Source of the DNA: Bacteroidota bacterium
GTDB lineage: Bacteria > Bacteroidota > Bacteroidia > Flavobacteriales > Weeksellaceae
Reading direction: 5' to 3'
NCBI GenBank assembly: GCA_023387375.1
Contig: JAEWIE010000040.1
Span: forward strand, 41,993-105,992
Length of the DNA stretch: 64,000 nt
Part shown: piece after piece, positions 28,340 through 38,047 of the stretch
Numbering within the stretch: the first letter of the stretch is position 1
Layout: each line of letters starts with the position of its first letter
Made by a program: the position numbers and the translations under genes
The notes under the pieces: model-generated
Told to the model about the DNA's origin: nothing
Seen by the model: only the letters and a program-made list of their open reading frames with translations
The model's database searches: none

Positions 28340-29026
28340 TTAATTTTTCACTAAGAGTCGGAAACCTTCTCCGTGTACGTTAATGATCTCTAAGCCTTCG
28401 TCATCACGAAGTAATTTTCGAAGCTTGGCAATGTAAACATCCATACTTCGGGCTGTGAAATAGTTTTCTTTTTTCCAGATTTTACGAAGGGCTAAATCTC
28501 GTGGCATAAAGTCATTTCTATGAATACATAGTAGCTTTAGTAAATCGTTTTCCTTCGGGGACAGTTTGTACTCTAAATCCCCTACTTTCAATTGTCTTAG
28601 CATGGAATCGAAATACGTATTGCTAATTTTAAACTGTTCCTGCTCTTCATTCTCAATGGTGGAAGAACGCTGCAGAATCGCTTTGATTTTGTACAATAGT
28701 AGTTCCGTATCAAACGGTTTTGTAATGTAATCGTCAGCGCCGATTTGGTATCCTTTTAAAATATCCTCTCTTAAATTTCTTGCCGTTAGGAAAATAATGG
28801 GCGTCGACTTGTCAATTTTCTTGACGTCTTCCGCTAAACTAAATCCATCTTTCTTTGGCATCATGACATCAAAAATACAGATGTCAAATTCATTCTCTGT
28901 GAACTCTTTTAACCCTTGTTCTCCATCCGTCGCAAGTGTCACCTCGAAGTTATTAATCGTCAGGTAATCTTTTAGTACAGCGCCAAAGCTTTGGTCGTCT
29001 TCTACTAATAAAATTCTATTACTCAT
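28340..29026 (-). CDS. response regulator transcription factor (OmpR/PhoB type)
   Basis: Receiver domain (ILLVEDD, DVMMP, phospho-acceptor Asp) plus a winged-helix C-terminus (YIAKLRKLL...GEGFRL). Confidence 0.9.
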   Translation of the reverse strand: MSNRILLVEDDQSFGAVLKDYLTINNFEVTLATDGEQGLKEFTENEFDICIFDVMMPKKDGFSLAEDVKKIDKSTPIIFLTARNLREDILKGYQIGADDYITKPFDTELLLYKIKAILQRSSTIENEEQEQFKISNTYFDSMLRQLKVGDLEYKLSPKENDLLKLLCIHRNDFMPRDLALRKIWKKENYFTARSMDVYIAKLRKLLRDDEGLEIINVHGEGFRLLVKN

Positions 29027-29071
29027 ATTCTTATTAATTTGTGATTGTTTTGATTCTAATTTGTTTTACTC

Positions 29072-30619
29072 TTACACCATAGGAAGTTTGACCGTAAAAC
29101 AAGATCCCTTTCCTAAGGTGGATTCTACGTGAATACTTCCTTTGTGGAGCTCTACTATTTTCTTTACGTAGGAAAGTCCTAGTCCTTGTCCTTTGACATT
29201 ATGAATATTCCCGGTTTCCTCACGGAAGAACTTCTCAAAAATTTTCATTTTGTTTCCTGTTTCCATGCCCATACCCTTGTCCTTAATTTCGATGACATAA
29301 AAAGAGCCTTCATTTCGAGTTTGAACTAGAATTTCGGGAGCCTCAGGCGAGTACTTATTCGCGTTGTCAAGTAAATTCACGAGCATATTAGAAAGGTGAA
29401 ACTCATCAATTTTAAAGGTATACTCTTTGGCTTCAAAATTTTGAATAAGTCTCCCCCCTCTTTCATGCACGATCAGTTCAAAAGACTGCGTTATTTTTTG
29501 GATTAAACTTCTTACGTTGGTTTCTTTGAGGAACAGTTGAACCTCGTTACGCTCTAACTTAGACATATTTAGCACATTTTCCACTTGCTTTTTCATTCGC
29601 AAATTTTCTTGCTTGATAAGCTGTGAATAGTACTTTACTTTTTCAGGAACACTGGCAATTTTATCATTTGCAAGTGAGTCTGTCGCAACCGAAATCGTCG
29701 CGAGTGGGGTTTTGAACTCATGCGACATATTGTTAATAAAATCCGTTTTGATGTCTGCAATTTTCTTCTGCTGCATCATGTAATTGATGGATGTCACATA
29801 GATTCCTAAGATGGTGAGTAGAGACAAAAATGTCCCTAATAGCATAGGAAGGTTGTTCTTAATCAATGAGAAATTTTGACGAGGAAACACGAGAGAAAGC
29901 GTATATAAAGGATGGTCATCCGCATCGCGGAAAAGTACTTCTTCATACTTCGTATTTTGATTTTGCGTTTGGTAGTTAACATTGGCTATACTCGTCACAT
30001 TTCCATTTTTGTCAAAGATTCCGTAGCCAAAGTCAATGCTGATTCCGTGCTCGATCAAAGACTGTCGAACAATCGAATCAATCGCCTTAGGCTCTACTCT
30101 TTTTTCAATAGGACGGTTGTTGCCGACAATACGGTAAAACTCTTTTAGATTGTATTCCCCTGAATTAATGGAACTATTAAGTGCCGCGGTCAGAGGTTCT
30201 GCGTGCGAGGAATCCTTCGCTTGTTTCACGAGAACCTCATCGGTCCACATTTTGATCCGATTTAAACTATCACCTGTATTGGCAATCGGTAAATTTTCCC
30301 TCTCAATAATATTCTGTTGATACGTAATGGTCCTTCTCGTTGCAGAGTCCTCAGTTTGCTGTATGATGGTAGAACTAGGCTGCTTACTGTTGGCAATGAC
30401 CGTATTTCCAAAATTTTTAAACGTTTCATTTAAATATTTATCCACCTCCAGATCATTAAGTTCTCTTACGGAACTTACGAGCGAAGCTTCTACTTTGTTT
30501 GAAAAATCCTGATCTAACGCACCGTAGTACTCTTTTAACCATTTGATTTGAAGCGTCACAAAAACCACCACAGAAATTGACATCAAAATGGAGATGATAG
30601 GAATAAAGCGTTGATTCAT
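29072..30619 (-). CDS. sensor histidine kinase with extracytoplasmic sensor domain
   Basis: Two TM segments flank a region of about 230 aa. H-box MSHEFKTPLATI, N-box LLDNANKY, G-boxes DKGMGM and GQGLGL. Confidence 0.9.
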   Translation of the reverse strand: MNQRFIPIISILMSISVVVFVTLQIKWLKEYYGALDQDFSNKVEASLVSSVRELNDLEVDKYLNETFKNFGNTVIANSKQPSSTIIQQTEDSATRRTITYQQNIIERENLPIANTGDSLNRIKMWTDEVLVKQAKDSSHAEPLTAALNSSINSGEYNLKEFYRIVGNNRPIEKRVEPKAIDSIVRQSLIEHGISIDFGYGIFDKNGNVTSIANVNYQTQNQNTKYEEVLFRDADDHPLYTLSLVFPRQNFSLIKNNLPMLLGTFLSLLTILGIYVTSINYMMQQKKIADIKTDFINNMSHEFKTPLATISVATDSLANDKIASVPEKVKYYSQLIKQENLRMKKQVENVLNMSKLERNEVQLFLKETNVRSLIQKITQSFELIVHERGGRLIQNFEAKEYTFKIDEFHLSNMLVNLLDNANKYSPEAPEILVQTRNEGSFYVIEIKDKGMGMETGNKMKIFEKFFREETGNIHNVKGQGLGLSYVKKIVELHKGSIHVESTLGKGSCFTVKLPMV

Positions 30620-30738
30620 GAGCTCTTTTTAAGTTTCAATTGTTAAAATTAAACCATTTAACAATATAAATACAAAAAATAGGCCAGTAAATTAAGCAAA
30701 CTCTCTTAAAACATTGGTTTTTAACACAATTATTTCAA

Positions 30739-31113
30739 TTATGCTTTGGATAGAGAATCGAGAACCTCTTGAGAAAAGAGATTTTCATCTATAAAATACT
30801 GAACAACTGCCTTTTTCATCAAAATCGTTTGTTCATTTGGCTTTAGTTCAGGCATCTCTGCTTTGACTTTAAAATGAGGATATCCCGCATCGTCGTAATG
30901 CGAAAATTCGTAAAACCCATAAGGTTCGAGAAGTCGACAAACCGCAATGTGAATCAAATTCAGTTTGTCTTCCTTGGAGTATTTTTGTTTGCCGCTGCCT
31001 AGTTCCTGGACTCCTATTAAAAAGAGCACTGTTTCAATGGCTACGTGCGGTTCTGTATCAAAATTGGTTTCAAAGAAGCGTTCAACTTCGCTCCATAATT
31101 CGTTTTCTGTCAT
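30739..31113 (-). CDS. hypothetical small acidic protein, translationally coupled to oligopeptidase B
   Basis: 124-aa ORF. Its ATG (31113-31111) overlaps the ptrB TGA (31112-31110) in an ATGA arrangement. No family recognised. Confidence 0.6.
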   Translation of the reverse strand: MTENELWSEVERFFETNFDTEPHVAIETVLFLIGVQELGSGKQKYSKEDKLNLIHIAVCRLLEPYGFYEFSHYDDAGYPHFKVKAEMPELKPNEQTILMKKAVVQYFIDENLFSQEVLDSLSKA

Positions 31114-33155
31114 GTCGTTTGTTCTAATTTTAATAAAAAAGCAAATTCTAATGCTTCTTCTTTTAGGGACTCAAAGCGTCCTGCAGCACCCCCATGTCCA
31201 GAATCCATGTCCGTCTTTAGAAGAATAAGATTCTTCGATTGGCTGTGCTCTCTTAGCTTCGCAACCCATTTGGCCGGTTCCCAGTATTGCACTTGGGAAT
31301 CGTTAAATCCTGTGGTTACCAAAAGATTTGGATAAGGAAGATCCCTTACATTGTCGTAGGGTGAATAGGACTTCATATAGTCATAATACTCCTTTTCATT
31401 TGGGTTCCCCCACTCGTCATACTCCCCTGTGGTTAGTGGAATCGATGCATCTAGCATGGTGGTTACGACATCCACAAACGGAACTTCCGCGACAACGCCG
31501 TGATAAAGAGTCGGTTCTAAATTCATTATTACACCCATCAAAAGACCTCCGGCGCTACCCCCCATCGCATACAAATGACGTGAAGAGGTCATTTCACGAG
31601 CAATTAATTCTTTGCTTACGTCAATAAAATCATAAAAAGTATTCTTCTTTTGAAGCATCTTTCCATCCAAATACCATTCGCGACCTAAATACTCCCCTCC
31701 ACGTACATGGGCAATGGCGTAGACAAATCCTCTGTCGAGCAAAGAGAGTCTTACGCTCGAAAAATGAGCATCCACCGTACTTCCATAACTACCATAGCCG
31801 TACAAAAGCAAAGGCGTTTCAGGCGAGAGCGCTGTATTCTTATGATGAACCAGTGAAACGGGTATTTTTTTTCCATCCCTCGCTTTGACCCATAGTCGAT
31901 CTGAAGTATAGTTTTCAATGGTAAACTCCGGATCCATAATTTGATTCTCTTTAAGGACTATACTCTTTCTTTGTGCCATGTCGTAATTGCACACTCGGCT
32001 CGGATGCGTAAGAGAACTATATCCATACTGAAGTTGATCCGTATCAAAATCTAAATTAAGACCTATATAAGCCGTGTAGGTTGGATCCTCAAAAGGAAGA
32101 AAATGCGATTCGTTTGTTCTGCGATCTACGATCCGAATGGAAAGTAAACCTCCACGCCTTTCTTCCACGACAAGGTAGTTTTCAAAGACTTCAAACCCTT
32201 CTAGTAGTGAATAGGAATCGTAGGGCAGAAGCTCTTGCCAATGTTCTTTCGTAGGAGTTGACAAACTTGTTTTCATTAACTTGAAGTTCGTCGCTCCGCC
32301 TTCATTGGTTAAAAGTATCCATTCTTCTTTGTATGGCTCCACGCAGTACTCTAATCCTTCTTCACGAGGCTGGATTAAGGTCCAGCTCTCTAAAGGCTCA
32401 TCAGATTTTAAAAACCAGCACTCATCCGAAAGTGTGCTGGAAATCCCTAAGAGAATATACTCCTGGGATTTGGATTTTTGTACATGCACATCGAAGGCTT
32501 CGTCCTTCTCGAAAAAGACAAGTACATCCTGTGAGGGATCGGTACCTATCTTATGTCGATACACTCGGCTGGCGCGCAGCTGCTCGTCGAGTCTCACATA
32601 AAAAACATGGGTGTTATCTTCGGCCCACACTAGTTTTCCAGTCGTGTTTTTTAGCTCGTCCTTTAAAACCTCGCCTGTACGCAAATTTTTAATCGAAATG
32701 GAATAACTTCGGTCTCCCGCTGTATCCCACGCATAGCTAGCAAGCTCATTTCCTGGACTTACGGCCACGCTCCCAATCTCAAAAAAATCATATCCTTGCG
32801 CAAGAAGGTTTACATCGACTATCGTTTCACTCTCTGCCTCAAGCGATCCTTTTTTGCGAACAAAAACAGGATGCTCTTTGCCCTCAAAATAATGAACGAT
32901 GTACCAATACCCATTGAATAAATAAGGCACCGACTCATCGTCCTTTTTGTAGCGCTTTTTCATCTCTTCGTAGAGCTCATTTTGAAGCTCCTGAGTGGAG
33001 GACATTTGTTCGTCGCAGTACACGTTCTCCTGTTCTAAATAAGCTCTCACCTCCTTAGAATTCCGATCGTTCATCCAATAGTAGGCATCGATTCGTAAAT
33101 CGCCATGCTTTTTTAATTTCTTCTCTATTCGTTGGGCCCTAGGTGCCTGCATCAT
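31110..33155 (-). CDS. ptrB: S9 family serine peptidase, oligopeptidase B-like (protease II)
   Basis: 681 aa. Beta-propeller N-terminal region plus a catalytic domain with GGSAGGLLMG and the C-terminal DSGHGG. Confidence 0.88.
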   Translation of the reverse strand: MMQAPRAQRIEKKLKKHGDLRIDAYYWMNDRNSKEVRAYLEQENVYCDEQMSSTQELQNELYEEMKKRYKKDDESVPYLFNGYWYIVHYFEGKEHPVFVRKKGSLEAESETIVDVNLLAQGYDFFEIGSVAVSPGNELASYAWDTAGDRSYSISIKNLRTGEVLKDELKNTTGKLVWAEDNTHVFYVRLDEQLRASRVYRHKIGTDPSQDVLVFFEKDEAFDVHVQKSKSQEYILLGISSTLSDECWFLKSDEPLESWTLIQPREEGLEYCVEPYKEEWILLTNEGGATNFKLMKTSLSTPTKEHWQELLPYDSYSLLEGFEVFENYLVVEERRGGLLSIRIVDRRTNESHFLPFEDPTYTAYIGLNLDFDTDQLQYGYSSLTHPSRVCNYDMAQRKSIVLKENQIMDPEFTIENYTSDRLWVKARDGKKIPVSLVHHKNTALSPETPLLLYGYGSYGSTVDAHFSSVRLSLLDRGFVYAIAHVRGGEYLGREWYLDGKMLQKKNTFYDFIDVSKELIAREMTSSRHLYAMGGSAGGLLMGVIMNLEPTLYHGVVAEVPFVDVVTTMLDASIPLTTGEYDEWGNPNEKEYYDYMKSYSPYDNVRDLPYPNLLVTTGFNDSQVQYWEPAKWVAKLREHSQSKNLILLKTDMDSGHGGAAGRFESLKEEALEFAFLLKLEQTT

Positions 33156-33238
33156 CTTATTTATAGTCTAAAAGTAACAAAAAACCATCTTATCCAAAGG
33201 GAAAAGACGGCTTATTTTATTTTTGTCCACGAAAGGCG

Positions 33239-33979
33239 CTACTTTCCGTTGCGAATGTATTTTTCGATGGCCATGGTCATAGATGGCGTTTCCTTGGAAG
33301 GCGCCATTAGGTTAACCACAAGTCCTAATTCTTCAGCCGTTTGCTTGGTCGTGGTTCCAAACACAGCAATATGTGTGTCTTTTTGTTTATAATCCTTATA
33401 GTTTTCAAACAAAGAACGAATTCCTTGCGGAGAGAAAAACACAAGCATGTCGTAGTCATTTACAGGAGTCTCGGAAAGATCCGCATACACTGTACGGTAC
33501 ATAATCGCTCTTGTCCAGTCCACTCCCGCCTTATCTAAGGTACTCGGTACGTCTGCATTCAAGACATCGGAAGAAGGAACAAGATATTTCTCATTCGGAT
33601 ATTTTTTGAAAAGTGGAGCTAGATCCGAAAAATGTTTTTCCCCAAAACTGATTTTGCGTTTTCTGTAGACAATATGCTTTTGCAAGTAATTGGCCACGGC
33701 TTCACTTTGACAAATATACCTCATGGTATCCGGTACTGAAAAACGCATTTCTTCTGCCAATCTAAAATAGTGGTCAATTGCATTTTTACTTGTAAAAACG
33801 ATCCCTGTATACTGACTCAAATCAATTTTTTGTGTGCGGAGCTCCTTGGCGTCCACTCCTTCCACCAAAATAAAGGGTTTGAAGTCAATTTTAATCTTCT
33901 CTTTTTTCGCGATTTCCATATAAGGAGAAGACTCGTTTGGTTCTGGTTGTGATACCAGTATAGACTTTACTTTCATCAT
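33239..33979 (-). CDS. uroporphyrinogen-III synthase family protein (HemD-like paralog)
   Basis: IVFTSKNAIDH and LVFFSPQGIRS motifs. Start set to the ATG at 33979 (MMKVKS...). The longer track ORF would run through the upstream DUF4271 gene. Confidence 0.75.
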   Translation of the reverse strand: MMKVKSILVSQPEPNESSPYMEIAKKEKIKIDFKPFILVEGVDAKELRTQKIDLSQYTGIVFTSKNAIDHYFRLAEEMRFSVPDTMRYICQSEAVANYLQKHIVYRKRKISFGEKHFSDLAPLFKKYPNEKYLVPSSDVLNADVPSTLDKAGVDWTRAIMYRTVYADLSETPVNDYDMLVFFSPQGIRSLFENYKDYKQKDTHIAVFGTTTKQTAEELGLVVNLMAPSKETPSMTMAIEKYIRNGK

Positions 33980-33989
33980 TGATTTTCGT

Positions 33990-34637
33990 TTATAAAAAAA
34001 GCAACTTCCATAGCGCAAGTATGGGTATAAATTGCAGCGCGCAAATATACAAAATTTTATAATACCACTCTTTTGGAAGAATGTAGTTGGGGTTGAATGC
34101 GTAGAACAGAATCTTAAACAAAAACAGTCCTGCGGCCACCAGAAGCGCCAATTGGAGAAACTCCAGTCGGTTAACTGGGAAGTAATAGTAAAAAAGGATA
34201 GCACCAATTAGCAAAAAGCACAGTGCCATATAAAATTTAGATGTCACAAAGTATAACCGTCCCCATTTGCGATCCTGTCCGACGCTGCTATAAAAAAAGA
34301 AGGTGAGGAAAAAACGCACGAAATAAAACAAACTAAAAATAGAAAGTGTATAACCAAATCGATTGAGGGAATAACCAAGTAAAGAGAGCTGCTCAATCTC
34401 TAGGGGCACCATAGGAACATACGAACTAACCAAGGTAGATAACAAAAGAACGTACACTATAGATATCAATATCCACGTGGGAAAGATATTTCCAGAATCA
34501 CTGAAGGGCGCTGTAAAAAAACCTCTGAGGCCGCGTTCGCGCTGCAAATACTGCAACACGACAATTAACACAAGCACAGAGACTAAAAGAACCCCGACTA
34601 CCCAGTCCTTGTTTTCTACAATTCTTATCAAGCCCAC
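33990..34637 (-). CDS. DUF4271 domain-containing membrane protein
   Basis: 215-aa polytopic membrane protein directly upstream of the HemD-like gene, a pairing typical of Bacteroidota. Confidence 0.65.
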   Translation of the reverse strand: MGLIRIVENKDWVVGVLLVSVLVLIVVLQYLQRERGLRGFFTAPFSDSGNIFPTWILISIVYVLLLSTLVSSYVPMVPLEIEQLSLLGYSLNRFGYTLSIFSLFYFVRFFLTFFFYSSVGQDRKWGRLYFVTSKFYMALCFLLIGAILFYYYFPVNRLEFLQLALLVAAGLFLFKILFYAFNPNYILPKEWYYKILYICALQFIPILALWKLLFL

Positions 34638-34697
34638 TTTGTTTTTGCAAAAGTAAGACTATTTTTAAATCCAAAAAAACGCATTTGAAAAATACAT

Positions 34698-34705
34698 TAT
34701 CTTTG
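34698..34705 (+). promoter_or_regulatory. -7 promoter box (TAnnTTTG) upstream of the GT2 gene
   Basis: TATCTTTG lies 10 nt upstream of the ATG at 34715. This implies a very short leader or none. Confidence 0.35.
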
Positions 34706-34714
34706 CAAATTAAT

Positions 34715-35431
34715 ATGGAAAAACTAGTCATAATTCCGACTTACAATGAGAAGGAAAACATCGAATCCATCGTTCGCGCCGTCCTAACTTTGGAGGAGAA
34801 GTTTGACGTTTTAGTGGTGGACGATTCCTCTCCCGATGGAACCGCTCAAATTGTGGAATACTTACAGAAAGAATTCCCTCTCACCCTCCATTTAACGGTT
34901 CGAAAAACAAAGGATGGGCTAGGAAAAGCCTATATCCACGGATTTAAATGGGCGCTAGAGAGAAACTATACCTATATATTTGAGATGGATGCTGATTTTT
35001 CCCACAACCCGAACGATCTTATTCCCCTATGGGAAGGATGCATAAATGCAGACATGAGCGTAGGAAGTAGGTATTCGCAAGGGGTAAACGTAGTGAATTG
35101 GCCCATGGGACGAGTGCTTCTCTCTTATTTCGCCTCTAAATACGTACAAATCGTTTTGGGAATCCCGGTGCATGATACCACCGCTGGGTTTGTCTGCTTT
35201 AAAGCAAGTACCCTTCGTGCGATCGACTTAAAGCGTATCAAATTAAAGGGCTACGGTTTTCAAGTAGAGATGAAATACCGCGTTTTTAAAAAAGGACTTA
35301 AAATTAAGGAGGTACCGATTATATTTACGAACCGTCTGCTTGGAGAAAGCAAAATGAATGGTGGGATTATTGGAGAGGCCATTTTCGGAATTCTTAATTT
35401 ACGCCTGAAATCAATACTAGGAAAGTTATGA
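34715..35431 (+). CDS. polyprenol monophosphomannose synthase (GT2 family, Dpm1-like)
   Basis: VIIPTYNEKENI, VVDDSSPDGT and EMDADFSH motifs. ATG at 34715 preferred over the TTG at 34685. Confidence 0.85.
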   Translation: MEKLVIIPTYNEKENIESIVRAVLTLEEKFDVLVVDDSSPDGTAQIVEYLQKEFPLTLHLTVRKTKDGLGKAYIHGFKWALERNYTYIFEMDADFSHNPNDLIPLWEGCINADMSVGSRYSQGVNVVNWPMGRVLLSYFASKYVQIVLGIPVHDTTAGFVCFKASTLRAIDLKRIKLKGYGFQVEMKYRVFKKGLKIKEVPIIFTNRLLGESKMNGGIIGEAIFGILNLRLKSILGKL

Positions 35432-35805
35432 AAAAACTAGGGCTTCTTTTTCTTCTATTCTTTGCGATTGCCTGTCAAAAATCAGGCGTTGTAGACGAAC
35501 CTAAGAATCTAATTCCCCAGGATCAGATGGCGAGAATCATTGCAGAATTCGCAGTGAGCGAGCAAGTAAGTTATCAAACTAGTGCCGGAAATTTAGAAAC
35601 AATCTCTCGCTATGTACTTGCCTCTGAGAAAGTGAGCGCCAGCGCCTTTCAAGAAAGTTATAATTATTATATCGCTTCCCCAAGGGAACTTGAAAAAATC
35701 CTTTTAGAGGCCCAACAGATCGTAGTGGACAAAGACCCCAAAGCAAAAAGTTATATTGATAAAAAATTAAAAGAAGTGGGCTCCACGCCTGCTTTTGCAA
35801 GATAA
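35428..35805 (+). CDS. DUF4296 domain-containing lipoprotein
   Basis: Lipobox FFAIAC. 125 aa. Overlaps the GT2 stop by 4 nt. Confidence 0.6.
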   Translation: MKKLGLLFLLFFAIACQKSGVVDEPKNLIPQDQMARIIAEFAVSEQVSYQTSAGNLETISRYVLASEKVSASAFQESYNYYIASPRELEKILLEAQQIVVDKDPKAKSYIDKKLKEVGSTPAFAR

Positions 35806-35808
35806 ATT

Positions 35809-36945
35809 ATGGGAAAACCCTTTTTTCAAATTGAGAAAAAATCAGAAAGCAAAGCCCGTGCGGGTATACTTTCCACAGACCATGGCGAGATTCAAACGCC
35901 TATATTCATGCCTGTAGGCACGGTAGCCTCTGTAAAAACCGTGCACCAAAGAGAACTTAAAGAGGATATAAAGGCCCAGATCATCCTAGGGAACACCTAC
36001 CATTTGTATCTTCGTCCGACTATGGACATTATGGAAAGAGCCGGAGGCCTGCACAAATTCATGAACTGGCAAGGACCCATTCTAACCGATTCAGGTGGCT
36101 ACCAAGTCTTTTCGCTCTCGAAAAGTAGAAAAATGACGGAAGAAGGTGTGCAGTTTAAATCGCATATCGATGGAAGCCTTCATTTCATTTCTCCAGAAAA
36201 ATCGATGGAAATCCAGCGACAAATTGGAGGTGATATCTTTATGGCCTTTGATGAGTGTACGCCCTATCCTTGCGAATATAACTTAGCCAAAGAGTCTATG
36301 GAAATGACCCACCGCTGGTTAAAACGCTGCATTGACTGGGTAAAAGAGAACAAGGAACTTTACGATCACAAACAAAGACTCTTTCCTATTGTACAAGGAT
36401 CCACGTACTCAGATCTAAGAAAACAATCTGCCGAATTCATCTCTGAACAAGGTGCAGAAGGAAATGCCATTGGTGGACTCTCTGTAGGTGAGCCAGAAGA
36501 GGAAATGTACCGTATCACAAACGAAGTAACCGATATTTTGCCTATCGATAAACCTCGCTACTTAATGGGCGTTGGAACGCCTTGGAATATTCTTGAGGCA
36601 ATTGGTCTTGGAATCGACATGATGGACTGCGTTATGCCTACCCGAAATGCGCGCAATGCAATGCTCTTTACTTGGAACGGTGTCATGAACATGAAAAACC
36701 AAAAATGGAAGGACGATTTTTCACCGCTCGATTCTTTTGGAACTAGTTTTGTTGATAAGGAATACTCAAAAGCGTACGTAAGACACCTTTTCGTATCAAA
36801 AGAATACTTAGCCAAACAAATCGCTTCGATTCACAACTTAGCGTTTTACCTCGATCTTGTACGCGTGGCAAGAGAACATATTGTAATGGGAGACTTTTAC
36901 GCGTGGAAAGATTCTGTTCTGCCTAACTTAAAACAAAGACTCTAG
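35809..36945 (+). CDS. tgt: tRNA guanosine(34) transglycosylase
   Basis: FMPVGT, LGNTYHL, TDSGGYQVFSL and a zinc-site region. 378 aa. Confidence 0.95.
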   Translation: MGKPFFQIEKKSESKARAGILSTDHGEIQTPIFMPVGTVASVKTVHQRELKEDIKAQIILGNTYHLYLRPTMDIMERAGGLHKFMNWQGPILTDSGGYQVFSLSKSRKMTEEGVQFKSHIDGSLHFISPEKSMEIQRQIGGDIFMAFDECTPYPCEYNLAKESMEMTHRWLKRCIDWVKENKELYDHKQRLFPIVQGSTYSDLRKQSAEFISEQGAEGNAIGGLSVGEPEEEMYRITNEVTDILPIDKPRYLMGVGTPWNILEAIGLGIDMMDCVMPTRNARNAMLFTWNGVMNMKNQKWKDDFSPLDSFGTSFVDKEYSKAYVRHLFVSKEYLAKQIASIHNLAFYLDLVRVAREHIVMGDFYAWKDSVLPNLKQRL

Positions 36946-36952
36946 TTTCTTT

Positions 36953-38047
36953 ATGACCATACTAGATAAATATATCATTAAAAAATACTTAGGGACTTTA
37001 GGGTTCATGCTACTACTACTTTCTTTAATTGTAGTTGTAATCGACGTGCAATCTAAATCTCCAAGAATTGAAGGAAATGGTTTTACCGTAGGCTATTTTC
37101 TACTTAATTTCTATCCATTTTGGATGATCTATTTGGTCATTACGTTTATGTCTATCTTGGTGTTCATTTCCGTAATTTACTTCACCTCTCGACTGGCTAA
37201 CAACACAGAAATTGTAGCCATAATCAGTAGTGGAGCTAGTTTCCATAGGTTTGCTCGTCCTTACTTTATTGCTTCTGGCGTCATTGCAATTCTTTCTTTA
37301 GCCACGAACCATTTTGTGCTTCCTTGGGCCAATATTCAGAAAAACAAATTGGAAGTATATACCATGGGGGACACTTCGAAAGAGAAAATTTTAGGGAATG
37401 TGGAAATCGCAACTCAGCTCTCTCCTACCACGTTCATCTTTATTCACAATTACAACCGAAAAGAAAAACGAGGCTCGAGCTTTCTATTTCAAAAGTTTGA
37501 CAAAAACCGAAAACTCATCGAGGAAATTTCTGCTAATGAAATTTTTTGGGATGCAAAAAAGAATAAATTCACCATTACGAGTTACTTGCAGCGAAAAAGC
37601 GCACCAAATCAAACGGAAAAAATATCAAATGGAGATTTGAAAGACATGAGTTTTGGGTATCCACCGGAAGAATTATTCCCAGACGAATTTTTGGGCCAAA
37701 CGAAAACGACGCCGAAACTTTTAAAATTAATTGAGCAGGAGAAAAACAAAGGAAACAAAAATTTAAATTACTTTTTAAACGAACTCCATTTAAGAACTTC
37801 GATGCCTGTTTCCATCATTATTCTTACAATTCTTGCGCTTTCACTCTCTTCTCAAAAGAAAAGAGGAGGTCTAGGCGTCAATTTAGCCATCGGAATCTCT
37901 CTTGCCTTTGCCTTTGTCTTTTCCTTTGAAGCGCTAAAGGTGGTATCTCAAAACAATGTGCTCCCTCCTATGTTAGCCATGTGGCTTCCTAATCTAATTT
38001 TCGGCCCGATGGCCTTAATACTTTATTTTAGAAGATCGAATCAGTAA
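36953..38047 (+). CDS. LptF/LptG family permease
   Basis: 364 aa with the YjgP/YjgQ-type topology: three TM segments, a periplasmic beta-jellyroll region, then three TM segments. Confidence 0.8.
   Translation: MTILDKYIIKKYLGTLGFMLLLLSLIVVVIDVQSKSPRIEGNGFTVGYFLLNFYPFWMIYLVITFMSILVFISVIYFTSRLANNTEIVAIISSGASFHRFARPYFIASGVIAILSLATNHFVLPWANIQKNKLEVYTMGDTSKEKILGNVEIATQLSPTTFIFIHNYNRKEKRGSSFLFQKFDKNRKLIEEISANEIFWDAKKNKFTITSYLQRKSAPNQTEKISNGDLKDMSFGYPPEELFPDEFLGQTKTTPKLLKLIEQEKNKGNKNLNYFLNELHLRTSMPVSIIILTILALSLSSQKKRGGLGVNLAIGISLAFAFVFSFEALKVVSQNNVLPPMLAMWLPNLIFGPMALILYFRRSNQ

Noticed and set aside
33980-34207. N-terminal 76-aa extension of the HemD-like ORF (track ORF 33239-34207)
   Set aside because: The extension overlaps the C-terminal part of the DUF4271 gene in another frame and translates to implausible Cys/Phe/Trp-rich sequence. 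The internal ATG at 33979 gives a normal HemD-like N-terminus.
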